Positions 29,215-39,233 of a DNA stretch of 64,000 bases are shown piece after piece; position 1 is the stretch's first letter, and each line of letters begins with the position of its first letter. Under the pieces are notes generated by a model. That model was not told the DNA's origin, made no database searches, and saw only the letters and a list, made by a program, of their open reading frames with translations. Location: assembly GCA_017608625.1 (NCBI GenBank), contig JAFCFN010000002.1, forward strand, positions 28,099 through 92,098, given 5' to 3'. The stretch is from Candidatus Woesearchaeota archaeon (GTDB lineage: Archaea; Nanobdellota; Nanobdellia; Woesearchaeales; JAFCFN01). The translations under genes were made by a program, and so were the position numbers.

Positions 29215-29218
29215 TTTT

Positions 29219-30346
29219 TTATTTTTCTTCTTCTAACCCTAAATTTTTTAGAATAATCGATGGATTGAATTTCTTTAAATCATCATAATCCTGCCCAGTT
29301 GCTAAAAAAAGAATTGGTTTTCCTGTGACATAACTAATTGAGATAGCAGCTCCTCCTTTTTCATCTACATCAGCTTTTGTAAGTATGATTCCATCAATTC
29401 CTATTTTGTTGTTAAATTCTTTTGCTTGCTCAACACAATCATTTCCAGTAATTGCCTCACCAACAAATATTTTTAAATCTGGCTGAGCAACTCTATTTAT
29501 TTTCTTTAACTCATCCATTAAATTAATATTAGAATGCAATCTTCCTGCTGTGTCTATTAAAACAGCATCTATATTGTGAGCTTTTGCATATTCAACTGCA
29601 TCATAAGCAACAGCTGCTGCATCTGCGCCATAATCGTGTTTAATCAACTTTAAACCTAAATTATTTGCATGCAGCTGTAATTGGTCTATTGCAGCTGCTC
29701 TGAATGTATCAGAAGCAGCAAGAACTGATTTTAAATTATTTTTCTTTAACAAATGAGCAATTTTAGCAATGGTTGTTGTTTTTCCAGAACCATTAATTCC
29801 AACAAAGGATATTATAAAAGGTTTTTTTGATTTGACCTTTTGAATGAAATCTGCTTCTTCAGTTATAAATAGATTGCTAATTGTTTCTTTTAGTGTATCT
29901 TTGATTACATTATTTATATTACTTCTTTTTATTCGCGTGTTAACTAATTTGTCTTTCAAATTTTGTTTTATTTTTTCAATGATTTCTACAGCAACATTAT
30001 TTTCCAATAGAATTAATTCTAAATCCCAGAAAATGTCATTAAATTTATCTTCAGAAAGGGAAACTGTTGTTATTAGTTCTTTCTTTTTTACTATCTCTTC
30101 TTTTATTTTTTGAAGAATGCTTTTTTTCTCTTCTTTTTCTCCAAGGAGTTCCTTTATTTCTCTAGCTGCTTTTTCCTCTAATTCTTTTCTTTCTTTTGCT
30201 CTTTCTGCTAATTCTGCTAATTTAGGCTCTGGTTTCTTTTCTTCTTTTGGAAGTTCCTCTACTTTAACTGGCTGGGCTTCTTCTTCAACCTTTTTAGATA
30301 ATCCAGGAATTATCTTCTTTAGCTTTTCTTTTAAGAAACCAAACAT
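29219..30346 (-). CDS. ftsY: SRP receptor FtsY
   Basis: GINGSGKTTT, DTFRAAA, DTAGR and TKAD motifs. Confidence 0.97.
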   Translation of the reverse strand: MFGFLKEKLKKIIPGLSKKVEEEAQPVKVEELPKEEKKPEPKLAELAERAKERKELEEKAAREIKELLGEKEEKKSILQKIKEEIVKKKELITTVSLSEDKFNDIFWDLELILLENNVAVEIIEKIKQNLKDKLVNTRIKRSNINNVIKDTLKETISNLFITEEADFIQKVKSKKPFIISFVGINGSGKTTTIAKIAHLLKKNNLKSVLAASDTFRAAAIDQLQLHANNLGLKLIKHDYGADAAAVAYDAVEYAKAHNIDAVLIDTAGRLHSNINLMDELKKINRVAQPDLKIFVGEAITGNDCVEQAKEFNNKIGIDGIILTKADVDEKGGAAISISYVTGKPILFLATGQDYDDLKKFNPSIILKNLGLEEEK

Positions 30347-30347
30347 T

Positions 30348-30809
30348 TTATTTTGCTAGCTGAGAAATTTCTTTTTCAATTTTCTCAGCTTGTGAATTTA
30401 AGTTTTGAATATTTTCAAACACTTCTTTCTGTATTTTTTGAATTTCTATAAATTGTTTTTCAATTAGTTTTTTTGTATCTTCTACTGTTTTTTTTACTGT
30501 TACTGCTGCACCAACATTTACAATTAATTCTTTATTGTTTTTTAGAGTTGCTTTGGCAAATATGCCTGGAGATATTGGAACTAGAATATTGCTTCCTTCT
30601 CTTATATTTTCAAACTCATCTAAAGTTTTTTTTGAATTAGCTAACTCCACTAATTGATTTTCTAATAGCTGCATCTGCTTCTGTTGTTCTCTTATCTGAG
30701 CTGTAATAAGTTGCAACTCAAGATATTTCTGCTGTAATTGATCTTTCTGTTTATTTGGAAAATCCTGCGGATTTTCTGAATTCTTAAAAATCTTTGATTT
30801 TTTAGACAT
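30348..30809 (-). CDS. pfdA: Prefoldin alpha subunit; N-terminus contains a family B repeat
   Basis: ILVPISPGIF and IVNVGAAV motifs with coiled coils; upstream of ftsY. Confidence 0.92.
   Translation of the reverse strand: MSKKSKIFKNSENPQDFPNKQKDQLQQKYLELQLITAQIREQQKQMQLLENQLVELANSKKTLDEFENIREGSNILVPISPGIFAKATLKNNKELIVNVGAAVTVKKTVEDTKKLIEKQFIEIQKIQKEVFENIQNLNSQAEKIEKEISQLAK
30758..30803. repeat. AT-rich double-hairpin repeat, family B, copy 2 (in frame within pfdA)
   Basis: GAAAATCC-TGC-GGATTTTC-N8-TAAAAATCTTTGATTTTTA. Confidence 0.8.
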
Positions 30810-31518
30810 TTTGCACCTTTCTTAATAAAATTTCAATTTCACCAAAATGTTGTTTTTGTAAAAGATCTATTCTTCTCTGATTGGTAAGATGTAATAAAGG
30901 CATGAATGTCAAAACCTTATCTTTTTTCGTGTCAGAAGGAACTAATTGAGCAAAAGTTAGTCTTCTATTTTTGTCTCTTGAAAAGAATATGATTATTTTG
31001 TGATATATTTTTTTAATAACATCATTAATATTTGTTTTTCTCTCAGGCACATTAACTGGTGCTGGAGGTATAATTCTCATAACTCTTCTCTTTTTAACTT
31101 CTAATGCTTTTTGAAGTGCATTAACTAAATCATAAATAGATACTTTCCTTTTTCTTGGTTGAGGTGTTCTTGGTATAAGTTTTGGTGTTTCAATAATCGT
31201 AGGCAGTAACCCATCCTCATCTTCATAAAGAATTTCCTCTTCTTGGGGGTGAAGCAAGGAATCTAGGTAAGCTAAATCTTGATTCATTAATCTGTCTGAT
31301 TTCATTTTAAGTAAAATTGCTGCTGCTAAAATTACTTTCCCTGACACTTTAAAGTCGAGTTGTTTTAGTGTTTTTATCATTTCGAGATATTTTTTAGAAA
31401 GCAAGCTTATATCAATATCCCATGGATTCATTTTTTCTGATCTAACTAAATCATAAAGAATAGATTGCCAAGTAATTTCATCTTTTTCAAATAATAACTC
31501 AAAAATCTGATCCTGCAT
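30802..31518 (-). CDS. scpA: Segregation and condensation protein A (kleisin)
   Basis: MNPWDIDIS, GKVILAAAILLKMKS and TFMPLLHL motifs. Confidence 0.92.
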   Translation of the reverse strand: MQDQIFELLFEKDEITWQSILYDLVRSEKMNPWDIDISLLSKKYLEMIKTLKQLDFKVSGKVILAAAILLKMKSDRLMNQDLAYLDSLLHPQEEEILYEDEDGLLPTIIETPKLIPRTPQPRKRKVSIYDLVNALQKALEVKKRRVMRIIPPAPVNVPERKTNINDVIKKIYHKIIIFFSRDKNRRLTFAQLVPSDTKKDKVLTFMPLLHLTNQRRIDLLQKQHFGEIEILLRKVQNV

Positions 31519-31616
31519 AGTCTAAAAGATAAATTGATGATATATAAAGTTATTGAAAAAAGACAGTTATTTTCAACGAAAAGTATTTAAAACAAACAAA
31601 TAACCTTCAGTTTTAA

Positions 31617-31754
31617 GGGCCCGTGGTCTAGTGACTCAAGCAAAAATATTTGCTTGTTGCTAGATGCTATGACAACGCCCTTACAAGGCGTAGGTCACCG
31701 GTTCGAATAAACCAAAATAAATTAATAGTGGTTATGAAACTCCGGTCGGGCCCA
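31617..31754 (+). tRNA. tRNA-Val(TAC) with introns in the D-loop (31634-31665) and at 59/60 (31708-31740)
   Basis: Removing both BHB-flanked inserts (central helices CUAG/CUAG and UUCG/UGAA) gives a standard cloverleaf; anticodon at 31682-31684. Confidence 0.92.
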
Positions 31755-31787
31755 TTTATTTAAAAAATATAACTTTATATTTTAAAT

Positions 31788-31965
31788 GCGGTAGTAGTCC
31801 AGCAACCTTTTTTGAATGAAAGGTTGGACAATGGTAAGATAGCACCCTGCCACTAAAGTAAATCTTTGGCGATGGTGCTGACCCGGGTTCGAAAACAGTA
31901 TGTAATGAAGTAGCATACTGTATAATAACTAGTAAAAAGCTATTTCGAAAATCCCGGCTACCGCA
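31788..31965 (+). tRNA. tRNA-Gly(GCC) with three introns: 15/16 (31803-31831), 38/39 (31854-31873), 59/60 (31894-31951)
   Basis: BHB helices GUCC/GGAC, UGCC/GGCG and UUCG/CGAA; acceptor GCGGTAG/CTACCGC. Confidence 0.9.
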
Positions 31966-32043
31966 TTCCAAATTTTTAAAAATCTTAAACTTTCAAATTT
32001 CTACGAAAGTTTTAAAAAAGGATTAAATCTCTTTTTGTTTTAT

Positions 32044-32228
32044 GGGCCTGTAGCTCAGCCTGGTTAGAGCACTGGTCTTATATGTCCATTGCTTTATCAA
32101 GTTGAGATAAAATTAAAAGTCTCAACAAAGCTAAGAGAGCCAGGGGTCTGGGGTTCAAAAACAGTGTGTAGTACAGTAGCATACTGTAACAGCTAGTAAA
32201 GCTGTTTTTGAAAGTCCCTGCAGGCCCA
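32044..32228 (+). tRNA. tRNA-Ile(TAT) with introns at 37/38 (32083-32137) and 59/60 (32160-32214)
   Basis: BHB helix CUUA/UAAG fixes the anticodon TAT at 32079-32081; acceptor GGGCCTG/CAGGCCC. Confidence 0.88.
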
Positions 32229-32241
32229 TATTTAATATTAT

Positions 32242-32346
32242 GCCCCGGTGGTGTAGTCCGGCCAAGCATAATGGCTTTTCGAGCCATTGACATGGGTTCA
32301 AATTTTGTAGGTTAATGCTTACATAATGAAATTCCCGTCCGGGGCA
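32242..32346 (+). tRNA. tRNA-Glu(TTC) with intron at 59/60 (32303-32332)
   Basis: ATGGC-TTTTCGA-GCCAT anticodon arm; BHB helix UUCA/UGAA. Confidence 0.92.
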
Positions 32347-32367
32347 TCTTCTCTAAAGGTGATATTA

Positions 32368-32481
32368 ATGAAAAGAAGTTCAAGAAGGTGGAAAAAGAAA
32401 GGACAGATGAGATGGAAGTGGCAAAGAAAAAGGATGAAGAAAGAGAAAAGAAAAAGGAAGATGAGAGCAGGAAAAATATAA
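32368..32481 (+). CDS. rpl41e: Ribosomal protein L41e-like (37 aa; not in ORF track)
   Basis: MKRSSRRWKKKGQMRWKWQRKRMKKEKRKRKMRAGKI resembles archaeal eL41; GGTGA SD upstream. Confidence 0.85.
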   Translation: MKRSSRRWKKKGQMRWKWQRKRMKKEKRKRKMRAGKI

Positions 32482-32517
32482 AATAATAAAATGCAACGAA
32501 TTTACAATATTTATAAA

Positions 32518-32532
32518 CGAAAGCTTTAAATA
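32518..32532 (+). promoter_or_regulatory. BRE/TATA promoter of the rRNA operon
   Basis: CGAAAG-CTTTAAATA about 140 nt upstream of the 16S start. Confidence 0.55.
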
Positions 32533-32672
32533 GGACTGCTTTATTTTTATTAATACATCACCTTTCTTATTAAGAAATTCACCTATCGGTGAGTTTCTTT
32601 TTCAGATGTATGCTTGACTGAAAGTCAAGTATGAAATAAGAGTTATTTGATTGAAAGTTGGTCTTGCTCCTA

Positions 32673-34135
32673 ATTCCCGTTGATTCTGCGGGAGGTTGCT
32701 GCTATCTGGTTGAGACTAAGCCATGCAAGTCTGCTTCTCTTCGGAGAGGCGGCGAACTGCTCAGTAACACGTCGGTAATCTGCCCTTAGGTCCAGGATAA
32801 CCTTGGGAAACTGAGGCTAAACCTGGATAGGAGATTGAAATTAGAAAATTCTTTCTCTGAAAAGAAATGCCTAAGGATGAGCCGGCGGCTGATTAGGCTG
32901 TTGGTGGTGTAATGGACCACCAAACCTACGATCAGTACGGGCCTTGAGAGAGGGAGCCCGGAGAAGGGTACTGAGAAACTGATCCTAGCCCTACGGGGTG
33001 CAGCAGGCGCGAAACTTCCACAATGCACGCAAGTGTGATGGAGTCAACCAGAGTGCTCATGTTCTCATGGGCTTTTGCCAAGAGTAAATATCTTGGCGAA
33101 TAAGGGGTGGGCAAGACTGGTGCCAGCCGCCGCGGTAACACCAGCGCCCCAAGTGGGAACCGCTTTTATTGGGCCTAAAGCATCCGTAGCCGGTTCAACA
33201 AATCTTCTGTGAAATTGTTGGACTTAATCTAACAACGTGCAGAAGACACTGTTGAACTTGGAACTGGGAGGAGTTAGAGGTATTTCGGGGGGAGCGGTAA
33301 AATGCTATAATCCCCGAAAGACCACCTGTGGCGAAGGCGTCTAACTAGAACAGCTTCGACGGTGAGGGATGAAAGCTAGGGGAGCAAACCGGATTAGATA
33401 CCCGAGTAGTCCTAGCCGTAAACACTGCGAGCTAGATGTTGCATCTTCTTAGGGAATATGCAGCATCGAAACGAAGGTGCTAAGCTCGCCGCCTGGGAAG
33501 TATAGTCGCAAGACCGAAACTTAAAGAAATTGGCGGGGGAGCGCCACAACGAGTGCGGCGTGCGGTTTAATCTAATTCAACGCAGATAACCTCACCAGGG
33601 GCGACGGCAGAATGAAGGTCAGTCTGAAGGGCTTACCTAACAAGCCGAGAGGTATTGCATGGCCGCCGTCAGCTAGTGTCGTGAGATGTCCTGTTAAGTC
33701 AGGTAACTAGCGAGACCTATATCTACAATTGCTACCAAGCTATGCGATTGGGCACATTGTAGAGACTGCCTGGGAAACCAGGAGGAAGGTGTAGGCGACG
33801 GTAGGTCTGTATGGTCCGAATCTCCTGGGCTACACGCGCGCAACAATGGTAGGGACAATGGGATGCAACTCCGAGAGGAGAAGCTAAACCTCTAAACCCT
33901 ATTTTAGTTCAGATTGAGGTTTGCAACTCAACCTCATGACGTCGGAATTCGTAGTAATCAGGCTTAAGCATAGCCCGGTGAATATGTCCCCGCTCCTTGC
34001 ACACACCGCCCGTCATCCCAGCCGAGCAGGGTTTAGGTGAGACTTAGTTTTTGACTAAGGCGAATCTAAACTCAGTGAGGAGGGGCAAGTCGTCACAAGG
34101 TAACCGTAGGGGAACCTGCGGTTGGATCACCTCCT
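32673..34135 (+). rRNA. rrs: 16S rRNA (archaeal, no intron seen)
   Basis: ATTCCCGTTGATTCTGCG start, GTGCCAGCCGCCGCGGTAA, TTGCACACACCGCCCGTC and 3' GGATCACCTCCT; flanks 32637-32655 and 34142-34160 form a perfect 19-bp processing stem. Confidence 0.98.
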
Positions 34136-34168
34136 TTTTACTTCAATCAAATAACTCTTATGTTCAAT

Positions 34169-34307
34169 GGGCCTGTAGTTCAGTCTGGAAGAACATCGCC
34201 CTTGCAAGGAAAGAGAGTGTTTTATCATTTCTTTCCAAAGCAAGGCGGGGGTCACGGGTTCAAAACAATTACTCGTTTGAGTAATTATGAATTTCCCGTC
34301 GGGTCCA
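34169..34307 (+). tRNA. tRNA-Ala(TGC) in the rRNA spacer, introns at 37/38 (34207-34242) and 59/60 (34265-34293)
   Basis: G3:U70 pair, anticodon TGC, BHB-like flanks. Confidence 0.92.
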
Positions 34308-34399
34308 TTTTTTAGATTAAGTTTTATGCAATTCAAAAGCTTAGCTTTTGAATGAAGGGTAAAGACTTCATGTTTATGATACCATGCATAGATTAAAAG

Positions 34400-37295
34400 A
34401 CGCTATTAGGTGGATGACTAGGCTCAAACGCTGATGAAGGGCATGGCAAGCTGTGATAAGCTCCAGGTAGTCGCATGCAGACTTGGATCTGGAGATGCCT
34501 GAATAGGACTTCCTGTCAGAGTAAAACTCTAACACTCCGTAAGGAGGGGGAACGCAGGGAATTGAAACATCTTAGTACCTGCAGGAAAAGAAATCAATTG
34601 AGATGCCGTAAGTAACAGCGAGTGAAAGCGGCACAAGGCAAACTGAATTCTCAAAAGAAATTTTGAGAAGATGTGGGGTTGTAAGGCTGCTCCTTTAAAT
34701 CCTCTTTAGGGAACTTGAATTTCCTTGGAAAAGGAAGCCATAGAGGGTGATAGCCCCGTAGAGGTAACTTAAAAGGATGTGGAGCAGTTCTTGAGTACTG
34801 CTTATTGAATATTAAGCAGGAAACTAGGAGCCATTAACTTCTAACCTTAAATACGTTTTGAGTCCGATAGCAAATCCAGTACAGTGATGGAAAGTTGAAA
34901 AGAACCCTTAACAGGAAGTGAAAAGATCCTGAAACCTAATAGCTATAGTGGGGTACAGCTCTTAGGAGTTGTACTGTCCGTTTTGAATAACGTGCCAGGG
35001 AGTGTATCTAAGTGGCGAGGATAATTAAAAAGGATCCAAAGGGAAACCAATAAGCCTGCAGCTTGCGAGAGGCAAGGTATGAAAGTGCCTGGAGTCACTT
35101 GGATACGACCCGAAACCAGGCGATCTAGCCGTGGGTAAGGTGAAGCAAGGGTAAAACCTTGTGGAGGCCTGCAGAGGTTCTACAGACAAGTGTTCTTCTA
35201 ACCTATGGCTAGGGGTGAAAAGCCAATCGAGCCTGGTGATAGCTGGTTCCTACCGAAGTTGGCCGTAGTCAAGTTTCGGAGGAGATGGCTAAAACGATAA
35301 AGCTACGGATTGGGGATTTAGGTTCCGAAAGGAATTGGTCTCCTGTCCAACTCTGAATGTTTTAGCATCATAGAATTCGAAAAACGGGGGCCCGGGGTAA
35401 GCTTGGGTCCCGAGAGGGGAACAACCCAGACTATGGTTAAGGTCCCTAAAAACTGACTAAGTGTTAAAGGGTGAAGAGTGTCCATGGCCCAAGACAGCGA
35501 GGAGGTTGGCTTAGAAGCAGCCATCCTATAATAAGTGCGTAATAGCTTACTCGTCGAGGTTGTGGGCCTCTAAAATGGACGGGGCTAAGTCAGTTACCGA
35601 TACCATAGACTATCTAAAAGATAAGTGGTAGGTAGGCGTTTTACTGGGGTAGAAGTATACTCAAAAGAGTATATTGACCCAGTAAAAATGAGAATCCTGG
35701 CGAGAGTAAGATCTTAGCAGAGTGAGAATCTCTGTCACTGAAAGGGCAAGGGTTCCTTGGCAATGCAGGTCAGCCAAGGGTAAGTTGATCCTAAATTGCA
35801 ATATAACTTATTGCTTTGAAAGGGAAAAAGGTTAACATTCCTTTACTGTCTGAGTATGTGTGGTGACACAAGTTCAGTTTCTGACCCTTCGGAATAGACA
35901 GACATCAACTGTCGTTGATGTTAACAGAGATAAATCAGAGGAGTATTATAATGATGAGAATCTGATTAAACTCTGGAATAGCAGATCTTTGGTCTGTTCT
36001 GTTGATTTCTGGAGGCCTTGAAAAGGGAACTGAAAAAAATCTCAGGCAATCATACCCAGAACCGGCACAGGTGCCCCTAGGTGAGAAGCTTAAAGTGTGA
36101 AGGACTAATCTAGTTAAGGGAATTCGGCAAATTAGCCCCGTGCCTTCGGTATAAGGGGTCCCTGCTCTTGTTTCTGTATAGAAGCGAAAGCAGGGTGCAA
36201 TGACAAGGGATGTCTGACTGTTTAACAAAAACGTAGCCTTCTGCTAAGCTGTGAAGCTGTGTATAGAAGGTGACGTCTGCCCAGTGCGCGTACTTTAAAC
36301 TCTCTTCCAAGAGAGCTAAGAGCGCGTAAACGGCGGGAGTAACTATAACTCTCTTAAGGTAGCGAAATGCCTTGCCGTTTGAATGACGGCCTGCATGAGT
36401 GGCGTAACAAGATGTCCGCTGTCCCCAACTAGAATCCTCTGAACACTCTTTCCTGGTGCAAAGGCCAGGGATTTCCAGTGGGAAGCAAAGACCCCGTGAA
36501 ACTTTACTGTAGCCTGTCATTGCAATGCGAGTTTTATTGTATAGCGTAAGTAGGAGTCGTTATGTCTTGGTCGCAAGATCAAGAATAGACGCCAATGTAA
36601 CACTACTCTTTAGAACTTGTGTTGCTAACTTAGCAATAAGGACAGTAGCAGGTGGACAGTTTGGCTGGGGTGGCACCCTGCTGAAAAGATATCAGTAGGG
36701 CCCAAAGGTTGGCTCAAGTGGGTCAGAAATCCACTGTGGAGTGCAAGGGCAAAAGCCAGCCTGATTGGATTTCTAACAAGAAGAAATCCAAAAACGAAAG
36801 TTTGGCCTAGCGAACCTCTGTGTCCTCCTTAATGGGGGTCAGAGATAACCGAAAAGTTACTCCGGGGATAACAGAGTGGTCGCGCCCGAGAGCTCAAATC
36901 GACGGCGCGGTTTGCTACATCGATGTCGGCTCTTCCTATCCTGGGCGTGCACAAGCGCCCAAGGGTGAAGGTGTTCACTTATTAAAAGGGATCGTGAGCT
37001 GGGTTCAGAACGCTGTGAGGCAGTTTGTTTGATATCTACTGGAAATGTTGGATGTCTGAAAGGAAAGAAGCCATAGTACGAGAGGAACTGGCTTCTGAGG
37101 CCTCTGGTTTACCGGATATCTGACAAGGTAAATCCGGGCAACTACGCCTTATGAGGATAAGAGCTGAAAGCATCTAAGCTCGAAGCCTCCCTTGAAAAGA
37201 GACATCCTAGAACACAGATAGAAGATCTGTTTGATGGGAGTGGTGTGTAAGCACCAAGGCAACGAGGTGTTCAGCACGCACTTTCCAACAGTTCG
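34400..37295 (+). rRNA. rrl: 23S rRNA (ends approximate)
   Basis: GAATTGAAACATCTTAGTA, GGTAGCGAAATGCCTTG and GGGATAACAG motifs; flanks 34381-34396 and 37298-37313 form a perfect 16-bp stem. Confidence 0.97.
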
Positions 37296-37428
37296 TATTA
37301 ATCTATGCATGGTTTATTTTTATTCTTCAATAAGATTATGGACATATAGCGATAGCTCTCTTTATCAAACAAACTAACTGAACCCAGCTCACTAAAAATT
37401 TTTAAACAACAATTCTTTTTATTATAAT

Positions 37429-37833
37429 ATGGCACGCCTGTATAGAAATATGCAAATATGGCAATTGGGTTACAATCTAGTAATAGATATTTACAAACTT
37501 ACTGAAAAGTTTCCAAAAGATGAAAAAAGTAATTTAATCTCTCAAATGAGAAGAGCTGCCACGTCAATACCTATAAACATTGCTGAAGGAAGTACAAAGA
37601 GGTCTTATAAGGAATTCTTAAATTTTTTATCTTATGCTTATGGTTCTGCTAAGGAGCTTGAAGTTTTATTATTGTTGTCCAGCGATTTAAGATATATTAC
37701 AAATAAAAAATATAAACAAATAGAGAAAAAACTTGATGAATTGATGGCTAAATTATTTCTTTTCATGAGCAACATAGAGAAAAGAATTAAAGATAAGAAA
37801 TACAATTTTTTTAGAAAATGGAGATTATTTTAA
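37429..37833 (+). CDS. Four-helix-bundle protein (23S rRNA IVS-protein/Avd-like family)
   Basis: [34 protein letters not shown] signature. Confidence 0.9.
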   Translation: MARLYRNMQIWQLGYNLVIDIYKLTEKFPKDEKSNLISQMRRAATSIPINIAEGSTKRSYKEFLNFLSYAYGSAKELEVLLLLSSDLRYITNKKYKQIEKKLDELMAKLFLFMSNIEKRIKDKKYNFFRKWRLF

Positions 37834-37834
37834 A

Positions 37835-38809
37835 ATGATTTGTTTAGGAATAGAAAGCACTGCACATACATTTGGAATAGGAATAGTTGATGATAAAGGC
37901 AAGATTCTTGCTAATGTGAAAGATGTTTTTACAACAGAAAAAGGCGGGATGATTCCAGTGGAGGTTGCAAAACATCACAGAAATTGTTACAAAGACGTTA
38001 TTCAAAAGGCGTTGGATGTGGCTGGAATCAAATTAGAAGATGTTGGTTTAATAGCATTCTCACAAGGTCCTGGTTTGGCTCCTGCTTTGTTGGTTGGACT
38101 GGATGTTGCAAAAGAATTAGTGAAAAAACTAAATGTTCCTGTAATTGGTGTTAATCATTGTATTGCTCATTTGGAAATTGGGAACTTAGTTACTGGAGCA
38201 AAAGACCCTGTTCTACTTTATGCGTCTGGTGCTAACACTCAGATTATTGCTTATGAAGGAAGCAAATATAGAATCTTTGGAGAAACTCTTGATATGGGTG
38301 TAGGTAATTTTATTGATTCATTTGCCAGAGAGATGGGAATAGGTTTTCCTGGTGGTCCTAAGATAGAAAAATTAGCTTTAAAAGGAAAAAATTTTATTGA
38401 GCTACCTTATGTTGTCAAAGGAATGGATGTAAGTTTTTCAGGATTATTAACTAATCTAAAACAGAAATTTCATTCTGGAAAGTTTAGTAAAGAGGATTTA
38501 TGTTACAGTATGCAAGAAACAGTTTTTGCAATGTTATTAGAGGTAAGTGAGAGGGCAATGGCCCATTGTAATAAGAATGAATTGTTGCTTGGAGGAGGGG
38601 TTTGCTGCAATAAAAGATTACAGGAGATGGCTAAAAAGATGTGCCAAGAAAGAGGTAGCAAATGTTTTATTCCTGAAAACAGTTTGTTAGTAGATAATGC
38701 TGCAATGATAGCATGGTTAGGAATCACTGAACATAAAGCTGGAGTTAAAACAGAATTAGACATTAAACCTTATCAGAGAACTGACCAGGTGGAAGTTAAA
38801 TGGAGATAG
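37835..38809 (+). CDS. kae1: t6A biosynthesis protein Kae1
   Basis: GIESTAH, VNHCIAH, GETLD and DNAAMIA motifs. Confidence 0.97.
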   Translation: MICLGIESTAHTFGIGIVDDKGKILANVKDVFTTEKGGMIPVEVAKHHRNCYKDVIQKALDVAGIKLEDVGLIAFSQGPGLAPALLVGLDVAKELVKKLNVPVIGVNHCIAHLEIGNLVTGAKDPVLLYASGANTQIIAYEGSKYRIFGETLDMGVGNFIDSFAREMGIGFPGGPKIEKLALKGKNFIELPYVVKGMDVSFSGLLTNLKQKFHSGKFSKEDLCYSMQETVFAMLLEVSERAMAHCNKNELLLGGGVCCNKRLQEMAKKMCQERGSKCFIPENSLLVDNAAMIAWLGITEHKAGVKTELDIKPYQRTDQVEVKWR

Positions 38810-38842
38810 ATTTAAAAATATATTAAAAAATCTTATTCTCAT

Positions 38843-38959
38843 AGCCCTGTGGTGTAGTGGTCAAGCATTGCTGGCTCTGGCCCAGTAGACCCAGGTTCGA
38901 ATCAACCGTGAAATCAGTACTGCTTTACATTCGCGGTTACGAGTCTCCTGGCAGGGCTA
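38843..38959 (+). tRNA. tRNA-Gln(CTG) with intron at 59/60 (38902-38945)
   Basis: GCTGG-CTCTGGC-CCAGT anticodon arm; BHB helix UUCG/CGAG. Confidence 0.92.
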
Positions 38960-39027
38960 TCATCATTCTAAAGATTTAAATGGATTTAAACGAGGACTAT
39001 ATATAAGAAAAAGCAAACCTAATTCTT

Positions 39028-39192
39028 TTATTTTGCCCTTACTCTCTCGAACTTTTTTTCTTTCTCTGGTATTAATGGTTCAAATATTGCACCACAAGCT
39101 TTGCAGATTGTTTCATCTTTCTTTGGATTATATACTACATTTAAAGATCCGCATTCAGGGCATTCTTTTCTGAATTTTTTTGGTGTTGTCAT
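39028..39192 (-). CDS. TFIIB-type zinc-ribbon mini-protein (54 aa; not in ORF track)
   Basis: MTTPKKFRKECPECGSLNVVYNPKKDETICKACGAIFEPLIPEKEKKFERVRAK. Confidence 0.8.
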   Translation of the reverse strand: MTTPKKFRKECPECGSLNVVYNPKKDETICKACGAIFEPLIPEKEKKFERVRAK

Positions 39193-39233
39193 CTTATTCT
39201 TCTTGAATTCAGCTAATTAATAAACTTTTTGTT

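Noticed and set aside
31756-37032. Short ORFs from the track overlapping tRNA and rRNA genes (e.g. 31756-31971, 32078-32293, 32786-33028, 36110-36520)
   Set aside because: Shadow frames of structural RNA genes
32673-37295. Introns or homing endonucleases in the rRNA genes
   Set aside because: Lengths (about 1460 and 2900 nt) are normal and no large insertion was seen
37335-37395. 5S rRNA remnant (CATATAGCG...CTGAACCCAG)
   Set aside because: Only two short similarities; length and helix pattern of a 5S are absent
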